NCBI RefSeq assembly: GCF_018977255.1
Contig: NW_024704742.1
Coordinates: forward strand, 1,304,001-1,364,000
Source of the DNA: Callorhinchus milii
Taxonomy: Eukaryota
DNA length: 60,000 bases
Direction: 5' to 3'
Part shown: positions 12,068-24,924 of the stretch, piece after piece
Layout: each line of letters begins with the position of its first letter
Position numbering within the stretch: the stretch's first letter is position 1
The notes under the pieces: generated by a model
The model's database searches: none
What the model was told of the DNA's origin: nothing
What the model saw: only the letters and a program-made list of their open reading frames with translations
Made by a program: the position numbers and the translations under genes

Positions 12068-13379
12068 TATGGAGAATGGTTTAATTACGTCTTGTGTCAA
12101 GAGCAAAACCAGCAACATGGGCTAGGGCATTGCTTTGCGTCCCCTGCCCTCTCCACCGTTGATGTTTGAGCCTTCAGTTTCTACACCCCTAACCTCTGGA
12201 ACTCCCTTCTAATATCACTGCGTCTCACCCTCCCCGAAATTGTACCCTTTCGAACCCTATGTACCCTATGGTCACCTCACCCTCCCCGTCTTTCCTTGCT
12301 TGGCCTCCAACCTGCCCCTGCAAAGTGCTCCAAGACGTTACCTTTAGTAAAGGGCATTATATTCAGTAAATCCAAGCTGTTGTACAGGGTCCGTCAGAGA
12401 GGTTCATGGGCATTCAATTAAAAATCAAAAATAAAAGGAAATATTCAGTTAAACTATAAAGTAAACTATAAAGCATAAAGTAAACACTATAAATTTCTGG
12501 AACACTGTAAATAATGGATGAATCATTTCTTTGTATGACGAGATCGTCTAACGAACAGGTTCCACCTCTTATCTTTGATGGCTCCAAGCTTAATCCTTCA
12601 TCGCCTGTTGATATCTGGGCCTCAATACCTCCTCTGAGCTCAAGTGGAATTCTCCACCAGGCACAAGGTCATTTTCCACATGCACACTGATAACAAACAG
12701 CTTCACCTCCCCCCCGCCACAGGAACAACAAACAACAACAAATTAAATTTGTATAGTGTCTTTTCACGTCGGGAGGACGTCCCAGAGCATTCGAAAGTCA
12801 GATGCACCCGAGCTGGGGATTGGGGTCAGGAGGGCACGGAGGGTTGGGGTAGGAGGGTGACCGAAGTCACGGTTGAAGAGGAAGGTCCTCTTGAAGAAGC
12901 CAAGGGAGGGGGTGAGGCGAATAGACTGTGGGATGGAGTTCCAAAGGGTGGAGGCAGAAAGTGCTGAAGGCCCAATCACTGATAGTGGGGTGGGACATGG
13001 AGCAGGCCAGAGTTCGTCAAACAGAAAGAGTGAACGGGCCGGTACGGGGTTAGCGGGTTACAGAGGTAAAGAGGAGCAAGGGCTTGAGAACTGTTGCATG
13101 TTCTGACTGATTGATTGTGAGACGTCATGTCTTCGATCAGCCTCAACTTGTTTCAATTTAACGTCAATAAGATTGAAGGCACCTCATTTGATTTTTGCTA
13201 ACTCTTTCGTACCTCTGGCTCCAACTGCACCAACCTCCTTACGCAATCAGGTAAAACGATAATCTCGGCGTTCTGCTTGACTCTAAATAGTCCTTCCAGT
13301 CCCAATGCTAGAATGTCTTTATCCATCTCTAGAATATTGTCCCCATATGGCATTACCTGACCCAACTGCGGACAGACAC

Positions 13380-13675
13380 TAATAATAATCCTTGCATTTG
13401 ATATAGCTCCGTAGCATGTTGTGAGACGTCTCAAATGCTTCACAGAATATACTGTAAAGTGGATTGACTGTGTATTTTGTGGTCGAAATGCAGTAGCCAA
13501 TTGTGCACAGCAGCGTCCCCCAAAACAGTTGTGGATTGAGTGACCAAAGAATTTTTTTTGATGGATTATTATGCCCAGAAAATGACCTACTAATAACCAT
13601 GTTGCTACTGACTGCTAGTTAAACAGAGGCATGTGGAGCGTGGAAACTTGCCTAATGTTTCACCCTGCCCGGGAA
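13380..13675 (-). mobile_element. SINE subfamily B, partial
   Basis: Tail, body and a degraded central segment. Confidence 0.8.
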
Positions 13676-13869
13676 TCCTCATTCATGCCTTCACACTGCC
13701 AATATTTTCCTGACTGGATCCTACCATCATAATCTACAATTCAATCAAAATTATGCCCAGTTTCATCAGTTTCTAAAAAAAAAAAATCTCTCTTGTGGTA
13801 CAATTGACAAACCTCTTTTGGAAGTTTAGGTGCACGTGGCTTCCTGTGAATAGCTCTTCATTTTGACCC

Positions 13870-14075
13870 ACATCTGTAACAATTGCCCTCTGCTTCTTTC
13901 TCTTCAGCTGGTTACTCATCCACATCCGTATCTTACCATTGATATTGAGCAGCATCAGTCTAAAGGAGTCTCTCGTGAGGTATTTTGTGAAAGGCCTTTG
14001 GTGAATCTTGGTCATGTGGCTTCCCAACCAATAGCAATTTACAATATCGCATCCACAATCATGCCTAAGAGGTTC
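13870..14075 (-). mobile_element. CR1 RT-domain relic
   Basis: Frameshifted VDAI.., KAFHKIPHERLL and NGKIRMWMSNQLKRKKQRAIV resemble CR1 KAFDKVPHxRLL..GKVLxWIxNWLxxRKQRV. Confidence 0.7.
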
Positions 14076-14258
14076 ATTTAGGAACAGATCTACCCTTTCC
14101 GAGTCTACCCCTTATTAGGTCATTTTCAGATGAGCAATATTTCCATCATGCATCCCATAATTGCTTCAATTAATTGTTGAGATCAGGCTAAATGAGTCTG
14201 CAATTGTCAGATATGGCTCAATAAATTTTCTTTAACATGAAGACCGCATTTGTTTGTT

Positions 14259-14481
14259 TAATAATAATAATAATAATAATAATCCTTGCATTTGATATAG
14301 CGCTTTTCACGTCGGGAGGACGTCCCAAAGCGCTTCACAGAACACACTGTAAAGTGAATTGACTGTATATTTGTGGGCGAACGCGGCAGCCAATTGCGCA
14401 CAGCAATGTCCCACAAACAGTCGTAGATTGAAAATGACCAATTTGTTATTGTTTTTGGTTTTGGAGGGATTATTATTAGGC
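14259..14481 (-). mobile_element. 5'-truncated SINE, subfamily A
   Basis: Tail and body match subfamily A; head absent. Confidence 0.9.
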
Positions 14482-15849
14482 GTTTATGGAGGTAACTTCA
14501 TTGCAAATTAATAATAGCACAAGCTTCAGACTGAAGAATATGAATACTGATACTGCAGGTCCTAATAAGCGGGACTGATGTCGGAATACATTTGTGATAG
14601 TTAATTTATCTGAACTATTTATTAAATGGCAACTATCCTGGTAATCATCTGTCATCTGACCTTGTTTATCTCAGCACTCACTTGACTCCATTTTTATCTT
14701 GAAAATTGATGTATCAACTGGAACTCTGTATATTAAGTTACCAGCACCTGGTGTCAACAGTTTCTGTGCAAATATCTCCTGTCTCTTATGTAACAGCAGC
14801 TAATATTCCACCAAATGACAATATTCACCTTAAAGACCTTTTAATGGAAATGCGTTACTGAGGATTACCAGCCCGGAGGAAAGGCATATTCCGTGAAGTA
14901 CGCAACTTCTCAGGTTTCCAGAGCTGTGTCATCAAACTAGCTCTCTAACGTCGCTCAGAGTCATTAATGATCTATACAGCAATAAATAGCAGTGCTGCCC
15001 CTCAAGAGAGTGAATGGCCTGTTCACACCACATTGCTGGTCTCTCCTGCATCACAGACACGCCTTAACTGGTCTTTGCCCGATGACAAGACATCCAAATC
15101 CTCCAAATCCCACATGAAGGGTGAGATATAAATGCAAGTCATTGTTGTTCCTGAGCGAGTCTCTAAGGAGTTACAGAATCAATGTAAATAATCAATTCAA
15201 CACTTTTCATCACATGCCGTCACATGTGCTGGAGACAAGCACTGAGCCGGAGGTATGGCGATAAGGTCTAAGTTAACGACAGTTTTAATAATTTGAACAC
15301 CATTCTACTTGTAACCTTCAATAGCCGAGAAGTCCTTTACCTTACTGTGAAAAGATTAACATATAATTCTGCCTGTGCAGGTTTCAGCGTCATAAATGAT
15401 AAACATGCGCTGTTGAGCAGCTGTTAGCTGTTGAAAAATGCCCACAAATACAACACAAATACAATGAACAACACATAATGTCCAAGCTAAAAAAGCAACG
15501 GACAAGTCTGAGCTTGACTCGCAACCGGGTCAATATTGGTGCAGTACGTTCCTACTTATGCAAGTTTGGTTATTAACTGTTTCTCCCCTCTGTAATGGCT
15601 GTGATGGAATTCCATTTCAATTGCGTAACTGGTCCGCGCCCGTACGTTTTTTATTACGGTTCCATTGATACGACGTCTGATCACACTGAATCTTCTCAGA
15701 AAGCTCCAGGCGCTTTGAAGCAAAAGTGACCATCACGCAGGCAAATTCGGCGTCCGAACTCGGCATTCTCGGGTGGCTGATACGCGCGGAAACCCATCAC
15801 TACTATGTCTCAGAGTCTCCAAACCAAACTGAGGACTCGACGCGTTCCC

Positions 15850-16210
15850 ACCTACACATGGAAATTACAAAGGTAGATTGTTGGGATGGAACGCGCTCTC
15901 TCTCCCTGGAGGGGACGCGCCCCCCCCTGCTCACCTAATTCCGGAAAGTAATTAGGCGCAGGGACACCAGGTTGTGCGTCAGGGTAACTGCTGGAGTCTA
16001 ACCAGCTTAAAAACATAGCTTGCTATTGATATCGCCGTCTGACAAGCTTTCCCGCTGCTCGTATATAGGGTAGGATCACCCTACCGGTTAGGGCTTTGGC
16101 TTAAAGGGTTAACAGGAGCTGAGTGGGAATGGTTCCCTGCCCCCAGTGACTGGTCTTCCCTTCCAAGTCCTGCCAATAAGTCGAGCTGGTTGTGCACAGG
16201 TTAGCCATCA
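15850..16210. repeat. Unclassified old dispersed repeat (longest copy)
   Basis: Segments recur at 37085-37280 (same orientation) and 1655-1770, 53170-53310 and 56690-56812 (inverted). Confidence 0.7.
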
Positions 16211-17686
16211 CAGCAACAGACTCTACGTTTATTGTAAAAACTCAAATATTGTATTTTCCTTGCAATCAGTTATTCACACAATTTTTTTTTGGTGGGGGGG
16301 GTGGAGGGTCGACTGAATGTCTGACATATCCCATCACCGTGCATAATAGTATCCAAACCAGACCGATGACTCCATGGGAAACACATGGAAATTCCCGTGT
16401 TTTGGAACGGAATAAGTGCAGTACCACAAACACACAAAAAACGCATCATTTGAAAGCAGCAACAGACAGTATCAGCATTCCATACATACTGAGGCAATGA
16501 TTATTCTTAATAATAACAATTGTGCACTCCTGGAAATTAATGCTGATTGCGGATACAATTTTAAGTCATGTCAATTTCAACTCTCTGGGCCATTCACTCT
16601 TCAGATTGTAGCTGCCATCTGTACTTTGGCCTCAGGAACACTTTAATGCAGATATTATAAATCAAACAAGCATCAATTTATTGCTCGCCTTCCCACTTGC
16701 AAATGTGTTTGACTTGTTTTTCCTTCCACTGGTGTACAATGTAATGGGCGGAGATGCCCTTCAGTATCTCGCCCATTAATAATTTGCGAGTCACGACTGA
16801 CTGTGAGGTTTGGCAGGTTATTTGTCCACAGGAGGAAAGAGGACAGGTTTGACACTGCAGCCGAGTCCAATCCTGTCCTTAACCTGATGTCCATACAGGG
16901 GGGAGTTCGGTATTTTAACCCACAGCGAAACCCTGGTTGATTTTGCACCCCTCACCTGGGGTACTGATCATGATTTTAGGGCGTCACTGGCTTAACACCA
17001 GGAACTTCAGCACAGATCAGGGATGGAACCTGAAGATTTCCCGGTGTGTATGGGCTCAGTTGAATTTTTTGGTCCATCTCCTCAACTGGTCCTCCCCCTA
17101 TTAAGTTTTTGGACTTTAGTAATGGGAGCCTGCACTTTCCCTTGGGTTGCAGCTACTTGCCTCGCTCCTCTCCCTGCACTTTGTTATCTTTTGCCATTAG
17201 CAATTATGCAATGAACCATCCCTGCCTGAATCCCGGTTCCCTGTGTATCTCTTGATCTTTCAGTTGCGTCACCATCAAAAAAGCTTTCCTACCACTTTGG
17301 CTTTCAACACCCAACAGAATCATTGTGCTGATCTACCACCTTGGGTGGCAGCAGAACCGAAACTCCTGGGGGCGCGGCGAGTGGGCCAAACAAGAAGCCA
17401 GGCAGACATGAACGGACACACCCAGTGGTGGCCAACCGTTATGGCCAGCCAACCAAATAAATCTTCTCGATTGAATAGTTCGGACGACTATTCCATATTT
17501 GTATTTCAATATGCCATGAATCAAGAAAACTTCAATCCAGAAAAAAACTGAAAAACACACGAGCGATCAAACTCCAGCTTACCCGGACCAGGAGGGATGT
17601 ACAGCGGAACGCACCGCCAAAAGTGAAGCGCTCTGGGGCGCTACCCCACATGAGGGGGCTCTGTGTAAATACAAGTTGTTGTTGTT

Positions 17687-17866
17687 GAAGCTGCAGGAGA
17701 TATTGAAGCTCCTTCTACTTGTATCTTCCTCTAACTCTGAAGGACTTGCATCTGCCAGGCAACTCTGGCGCCAGGGATCCGAGTTCATGGTGACCACAGC
17801 ACTGGAGACGCCCGGCAGATGCAAATCCTTCAGATGTAGAAGGAGCTTCAGTGTCTCCTGGGGCTC
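17687..17866. repeat. Long imperfect inverted repeat (~60-bp arms)
   Basis: CAGGAGATATTGAAGCTCCTTCTAC..TCTGAAGGACTTGCATCTGCCAGGC pairs with GCCCGGCAGATGCAAATCCTTCAGATGTAGAAGGAGCTTCAGTGTCTCCTG. Confidence 0.9.
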
Positions 17867-18369
17867 CCCTGTTGGCTCTGCACACTTGCCACACTTGCGC
17901 TACACCTTCAACTAAAGAGAACAGTTGGGGCATCTCCGCGACCACCTCAGAAACAACAACAACAACACCACCAACAACAACAACGTGCATTTATGTGCCC
18001 TGCTCCGGTCCAAATCCTTGACTGTCCAGCACCTTGGAACGTCCTGCGGATATGAAAGGGGCTATACAAATATAATTTGTTGTTGTTGCGACCAACTAAA
18101 TTTGCTGGTCAGCTGGTGAGGCACTGCACTAAATGCATGGGTGATTATTATTATTATTATTATTATTATTTGGATCTGATTTTTTCAACTTGCCTGATCG
18201 CAGGGGGAGTTCCACAAACAGGAAGTGGTTCACGCTGGAATGCCGACCCTATCCGGGGTTCCAGCACGACCAGATCCACCATTCGGTCGCGCGAGCCAGA
18301 TGTTCCCTTTATTTGCAATCCCTGCTGCCTTGAATTTGCAAAGGACTCGCCGAGCAGCCCAAGAGATCC

Positions 18370-18371
<2 letters not shown>

Positions 18372-18405
<34 letters not shown>
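18372..18405. repeat. (GA)n microsatellite just downstream of the exon 7 donor
   Basis: Directly visible. Confidence 0.95.
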
Positions 18406-18409
<4 letters not shown>

Positions 18410-18423
18410 TAACAATCTCAAAC

Positions 18424-18629
18424 CTGCTGTTGATTTCCTGCTCGGTTGCACGGTGTGCCAACTCCTCTGAGGATTCCATTTCCTGGCGGCTGGCGGTGTG
18501 GGCTGGCAGCCTCTGGGTGGCTTCCGGACTTCCAGCCGACCACTCTGGTTGCAGCGTGAGGAAAGTCCCAACCCCGCTGCTGCTGCTGCTGCTGCTGCTG
18601 CCGCCGCCTTCAGTCTGCGCCTTTTTGCT
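18424..18629 (-). CDS. FAM13A: FAM13A internal coding exon (human exon ~7) with poly-Gly/Ser insert
   Basis: Branch-like gtaac, acceptor cttcgttcttctcaag|, donor CAG|gtttga; 206 nt, phase 0->2. Translates as SKKAQTEGGGSSSSSSSSGVGTFLTLQPEWSAGSPEATQRLPAHTASRQEMESSEELAHRATEQEINS, aligning to recalled human IPKSRSEG...VLQPELSDGIPQLSLRLSYRKACLEDMNSAEG. Confidence 0.85.
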
Positions 18630-20179
18630 CTTGAGAAGAACGAAGCGGTGTTACTTCACGCCCAAGAGCTCAGAACCCACAGCAAAACCGTTTCTTTTGC
18701 CGCGTTGCTGAGCGCAATCGGCTGCCGCGTTTCGCCCACAAGACACTTTGCCTTGGCACGTCGCGCGAAGCGCTTGGAGACGATTCCACAACGTGATAAG
18801 GCGCTGTATCAACACGCAAGCAATATTATTATTTATTATTATCTACAGTGTTGGCCGCACTCGCCTTCCTGCTCAGGTTGCAAGTGATCCAAAATGCTGC
18901 CTCTCATTTATATAAGAGACTTTCTTTTCCTCCCAATACTGTAATTGCCTCTGGGTTATTTAGATCATAACCACACGGTAATGACAATAATAATCCTTAC
19001 GTTAGGTACAGCGCCTTATCACCTCGTTGAGACAGCACAAAGCGCTTCACAGAATATATTGTAAAGCGGATTGACTGTGTATTTTAATTATAATGCTGCT
19101 GAAATGTTACATTTCACACGTTGGACGGAATAGCCCGAAGAAACTTAAATATATGTCATTCTAGGAAATATATAGTTTCTATTCTTTTCAAACCTATGTA
19201 CAACGGTACGCAGAATGCTTACTGTTCACCCACTGACAAGCCTTCATCTCGGACCTGTGCTGGTGTAACAAACATCTACAATCTTCTTGACCATCATCAC
19301 CCTTTCCTGGGGTGGTAGGAGGAGTGGAAAGGCATCATTTTGCAATTGAAGCAGAAAGTAAATAACGCTACCACTAAGTGCTAGGAATGGTTGGTATGTG
19401 CTTTCTCGTAAATCACTCACCCCGGATTGGTTTTTTTTCGAGAAGTTTTACTTTGAAAAGTATTTGCTTTTATTCTTCTTTATAAATGTGCTCCACAGAG
19501 AGCCCTGCACACATTCAAACACTAGAGCATAAAGTCTGGGATAACAATAATAATAATAATAATAATAATAACCCTTGCATTTGATATAGCGCCTTACCAC
19601 GTCTTCGAGACAACTCAAAGCTCTTCGCAGGATACACGGTAAAGTGAATCGACTGTATATTTTGGGGCCGAAATGTGACTCACGACTGCCAAAGGGATCC
19701 CATTGGACTCCCTACATTGGCGTCAGTGGGATAGGTCAATTTTACAGACTGCACAAATTGTATTTATTTTCTAAGCTATTTTTTCTTTCCAACTCTGACG
19801 CTTTTGAAAACTCTCTCTCTCTCTCTCTCTCTTTCTCGCACGTAACAAGCAAGGCATTGGATGGCAGGTGAATCAATCACAAGGCCACACTTAAATGTGA
19901 CCACACACTCTCTCTCTCTCTCTCTCTCTCTTTGCCCCTTCCTAAACAAGTGTGTAAATCATTCCGAACTTGATTCTCTCCCCTAATGCTGCAGTTCAGC
20001 ATTTTTTTCCCACACAAATGCCAGCAACCCACACAGATTCCTGAAACACTGCAAGCAAACGATCAAGCAGCCGCAGAAAGACATCTGAAAGGCTGTGTGG
20101 GGTCTGCATTTGAGACCTGGGGCAAATAGTAGAAGCTTACACTCCACAGCACTGGTTAAAAACGTTGAAAACATTCGCT

Positions 20180-20595
20180 TGGCTTCATCGTCCCCATCAC
20201 CCAATGGATCGACTTCAAGATCCTCACACTCTCGTGTTCAAATCCCTTCACTCCCCGGCCCCTCCCTCCCTCCCCCCTCTCTCCGACCTTCTCACTCCCC
20301 AATCCACCGCCCGGCGCCTCCGCTCGACCGGCCCCGGCTCCTGCTCGTCCCTCACGCCCTCCTCCCCACCGTCGGAGGCCGCGCTTTCAGCCGCTACGCC
20401 CCGAAACTCTGGAACGCTCTCCCTCAATCCCTCCGCCTTGCCCCCTCTCGCCCCTCTTTCAAGTCCCGCCTGAAATCCCCTCACCCCCTCCCCCCCCCCA
20501 CCCCCGGTTCGGAGTCAGGCTCCGCCACTGATAAGCCCTCTGAGATGCTGCCCTGTGTGGACGGCGCTACTCAGGTGTAAGCTGTTGTTGTTGGT
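20180..20595 (+). mobile_element. L2 3' fragment (type 2 tail)
   Basis: GGRAFSRYAPKLWNALPQSLRLAPS; tail CCCGGTTCGGAGTCAGGCTCCGCCACTG. Confidence 0.88.
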
Positions 20596-20901
20596 TTGGA
20601 TTTTGATATTGAATTCCGTAATTAATCAGTGATTAATCAAAATCAGTGAAACAGTATTTCTGTAATCTTTAGTTACTAATTACGTAATTCAAGGCACCTC
20701 TCTTCACATAAGTTTACACATGGTTAGCCCAACAAACAACTTAGACCATTACACTATAACTTACAGTATATGGTTCCTAGTGCATTAACCCTCAAACTTC
20801 AAAGGGTCCTTAATATCATTTTGCTTCTAGCCTCTACATTCCTTGTTTTTTTTCCACATGAATACAGTCAGCCCTCGTCATAGAGCACTGACCTGAGAAT
20901 A

Positions 20902-20980
20902 ATATACTAACATTCAATATGACTCTATAACTATGTCAGAGCAACGCCCCGGTTACCGGTCAGAGCAAAGCGCTGTAAAC
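20902..20980. mobile_element. MER125-like ancient palindromic repeat, one arm
   Basis: ATATACTAACATTCAATATGACTCTATAACTATGTCAGAGCAACGCCCCGGTTACCGGTCAGAGCAAAGCGCTGTAAAC resembles the recalled MER125 arm (TAACATTCAATATGAG..ATGTCAGAGCGAC..GGTTATTGGTCAGAGCAAAGTGGTAAAC). Confidence 0.6.
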
Positions 20981-23112
20981 ACTGCAATGCCACATCGAGC
21001 AATCAGCGTAAAAACTCTTTCCTGATCATCCATTTATTCCGAAATTAAGAAAGTGCGAACATATGTTACGAAAACAAATTTGCTCGTTTGTCGCTCAAGC
21101 AATTGAACAGCCGTTATCAAGAGACTACCTTTAGGTTCTTTGCCTGAATTGGGTGTCCAGAGCTGAAGCCACCGTCTACGGGGTGGGGGGGAAAGGGGGT
21201 GGGGGGAGTGCGGGCACGCACTGGTGTCCTGGCAAGCTATGCCACAAAGCCCCCTTAATCTGGCTCATCACTGGGTAAGCTGGTTGGCAATTCCACACCG
21301 CAAATCCAATGCATGTCCAACAGGAAGCAGGGAAACAGAACGCTGCCAGCATTCAAGCTCGCCTTTCCTAGCTCTATTTATTCTATGAACAGTCTATTGT
21401 GCACAGCAATCTTGTTGTTTACATTTAAGCTGCATTTGATCTACTCAGCGTTTTGCTGTTCACATCGGGTTAGCAGAAAGGGCGGAAAAATAAAGGTACA
21501 CAGTAAATCTGCGCAGTAAAAAGGTTTGTGCGCTTTGATTAGGACTTACTGAGCATATTTCTTCCTCAAATCAGAACTAACAATTGTTTTAGCGCAAGAT
21601 AAGGCGGCACCAGATTCTTCCTGTGACAACAGCAATGCCAACAAGCAAACAGGGCCAACTTGCATTTGGCTTTGGGGATAGAATCAACAGAGGTGGGCAG
21701 CCCACAGAAAGAAACACGAATAAAATGTGTTTTCACCCTCTCCGACATCTGAAAAATGCCCCCCCGAGCCCCAACTGTGTTCAGAAAGAGATTCCGAGGT
21801 GCAGCATCATCATGTTCCTGGTTTTGTTTGCTGACCCGACCCAAATTGGACGCTGTTTGCTGAGTTTAATCCATTGAACTGTGGCTGATCTGGAAACACC
21901 CTAGCTGGTTCAGCTGCAACAACTGAGCCAGCACACTGAAGGCAAATTCACTTTTAAGCGGGGACCTTCCAAAATTGTGACACAGTGGCCGGTGGCTTGA
22001 CTAAATGGTTGATAAAGTTAACAAACTGGTTGGCGTGGGTGCTGTTTTCAAAGCCAGCGGCACTAACTACACCCAGACTGTTATTTGTACCCTATTTATT
22101 ATTATTATTATTATTATTATTTAGATTCAACGGTAAACACAATGGTTTTCAAGTTGTTTTCGCCATCGTTATTATAATTTTGAGTTTCGCCCACAACTGC
22201 ACAGTCAATCCACTTGACAACAAATTCTGTGAAGCGCTCTGAGTCGTCTCAACGAGGTGATATGGCGCTTTATCAAATGCAAGGATTGTTGCGGTGATCA
22301 AAAAGTCAAGAGGTAAAGCACTGCTGTAGTAATTAATCCGAAAACTCACAAAGGATAATTCCTGAGACGGAAGGATTTCTTCCCCACCCTGGAATTCGAC
22401 GTAACTACTCTACCACACACGCTTGTTATTTAAAAAGTCAATTGGTACACAGCCCAATCCAAATGCCCCTCTTCAAGTCTATGGAAACCTAACTCTAGAA
22501 GTGAATGAGCACCAGGAGAGTTCTTTCTCACAACGGGCAGCATAAAGATCGAACAGCAATAAGGCAACATAACACGAGGCCAGCGTGAATATTTAGCAGC
22601 ACGAAAACGATCCCATAAATGGACAAAGGTAACTTTCTCCTTCACTTCATCATTCTTCCACATAACCCACGAGTACGAAGGATGTCCTTTCATTCCAGAT
22701 GTGACACATGCAGTCGGAACGCACCTGCAAATCCGCAAGCAGTCGTTCAAAATCCGCAGACAGGTGGGTGCAAATCTAGCTGGACGCCCCATAATTACTA
22801 AGGGCTTCCTAACTGCCTTTTGACGGTGGATTGAATGCACTTTGCTTTCATATTTTGCTAATCTCCACCTTGAGTACCAGATAAACATATTCTGTAGCAA
22901 ACAAAGAGTTGGCGAGACTCGAGGTATCTTTTACAGGAATGTGTGCGTGTGCGTGTGTTTGTTGTGGGGTAAGTAGGGGAATTTCCTGATGTTCGTTGCA
23001 GATTTTGACAAACAAATGCTTCACGTAAATAAAAAATGTATGGACGCCCAAGAAAGAAGCAGATTGCGCCTCGACTGACACAGATTAGGACGCGTTTAGC
23101 AATACATGTGAC

Positions 23113-23555
23113 ATGGAGTCCTGTAGCTCAGCGGTTAGAGCACTTTGGTTCGCAAGCGACAAAACCTGGCTTTGAATCCCGGCAGCGAGAAACGTTGGGC
23201 AACTTCCCTCACTCACACGCCTCTGTTTAAACCCGGCAGGAAGTAGGAACCCGGTTTTTAGTCGATTGGCAGATCGGTTTCCGGGGGTAATAATTACTTC
23301 AAAATAAATAAAAAAATTTGGTCAATCATTCCACGACAGTTTGCGGGACACTGCTGTGCGCAATTGGCTGCTGCATTTCGCCCACGAAATATATAACAAC
23401 AACGACTTGTACTTATATTGCGCCCTCTGCCCAGGGTAGCGTCTCGGAGCGCTTGATGTACAGTCAATTTACTTTACGGTATATTCTGGAAGAGCTTTGA
23501 GACGTCTCGAAGACATGATAAGGCTCTATATCAAATACAAGGACCATTCATTATC
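23113..23555 (+). mobile_element. Full-length SINE subfamily B with a small inverted L2-tail insert (~23395-23455)
   Basis: Head GGAGTCCTGTAGCTCAGCGG, central segment, body and tail. Confidence 0.87.
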
Positions 23556-24924
23556 TATTTAGCATGTTGAATTATATCCAGAATTGCTAGAGGTAATAGA
23601 CTCGTCCTCATTCCATTTTAAAGACCATGGTTTTCATCTGTGAGGCAGAAAGATAATAATAATAATAATAATATAATAATCCTTGCATTTGCTATAGTGC
23701 TTTTCACGTCTTCGAGACGTCTCAAAGCGCTTCACAGAATATACTGTAAAGTGAATTGACTGTGTATTTTGTGGGCGAAACGCGGCAGCCGATTACGCAC
23801 AGCAGCGTCCCCACAAACAGCCATGGATTGAAGTGACCAAATTATTATTGTTTTTTTTTCTTGAGGGATTGTTATCAGATACAATTACTATAAGATACTT
23901 AGGGTTAGGGTTAGGATTATAAGGCAGAAGATGGGAATCTATAAAATCCCAGCCTGCACTACATAAAGTATAAGGATTATAGTTACTAATAATTTGGCCC
24001 GCCCTGAAATTTCACAACGATTACGCACCAAACAAACTGGGCATAACTGCTCCCCTCCGAGGAACCAAAACCTGGAAATCACAGAAGGAAAGAGCATCTC
24101 GTGTGCCTGGTTGTAGTTTTGTGCAAGGTTGTAGCGCTCAATGTTGTTTCAAACTGCTGCAAACTCCCGACAAGCGGGCCTTACAGCCATCATGTTCAAA
24201 CGCTGGGGACGGCAGTCACGCGTTGATGAGGGGGTATTTTGCATTCACGTGGAAATCCCTTTGTTCCAATAGATCTCAGAACCAAGCTGCACGATTATTC
24301 AATTAGTATCGGGAGCCGCTCTTCGTTTACATTCGCCATTAGATAGACTCGGGGCACCCTCATCTCCGCCCGAATGAAGCCGATGACAACCAAGACCTTG
24401 GGAAAACGGGCAATGTCACAGGCTAGTTGTTCTCTCTCAAACTGGCGACTCACACCTTCGTGGCGACAGGAGCCCGAGATTCACGTTTATTCGGCATTCA
24501 AGGGGCGCTCGAATGTACTGGAACGTACCATTCACCTCTTGAATGCTGGTATTCCTAGATCTTGGCTAATGCTCAAATCGTAAGCTTTCTCGCCCCTCCT
24601 CCCCCCCCTCCCCCACCGCCGCCCCCAAGGTCAATGCAAGCAGCAAACGTTTTTAAGACAACTTATTTACACAGCCACAGGAAGTGCAATTTCAAGCCAT
24701 CGCTCCCACAAAATACCTACCGTTACTGGAGAGCGACAACTTCTGTGGACAGTGCTACTGCGCTTTGTCCCCGGGTCTTGTGAACTCTTGTGGAGGTGTT
24801 GACACCCTAAAAAGCCAAAGGCCTAACAGGTACAGCAAACCTGGCCTCACAGGTCACGGGTACATTGATGCATGGTTACTATTAATATAGAGAGCTCAAT
24901 TAATATATAATTGTGGTTGCCGTG

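Noticed and set aside
13213..13365. Minus-strand exon-like 153-nt frame containing LGLEGLFRV, resembling the RhoGAP arginine-finger motif
   Set aside because: It lies downstream of the RhoGAP exons, is phase 0->0 in a phase-2 intron, has no further RhoGAP similarity, and its acceptor abuts a SINE tail; most likely coincidence.
23899..23915. (TTAGGG)~3 as an interstitial telomere
   Set aside because: Too short to interpret.
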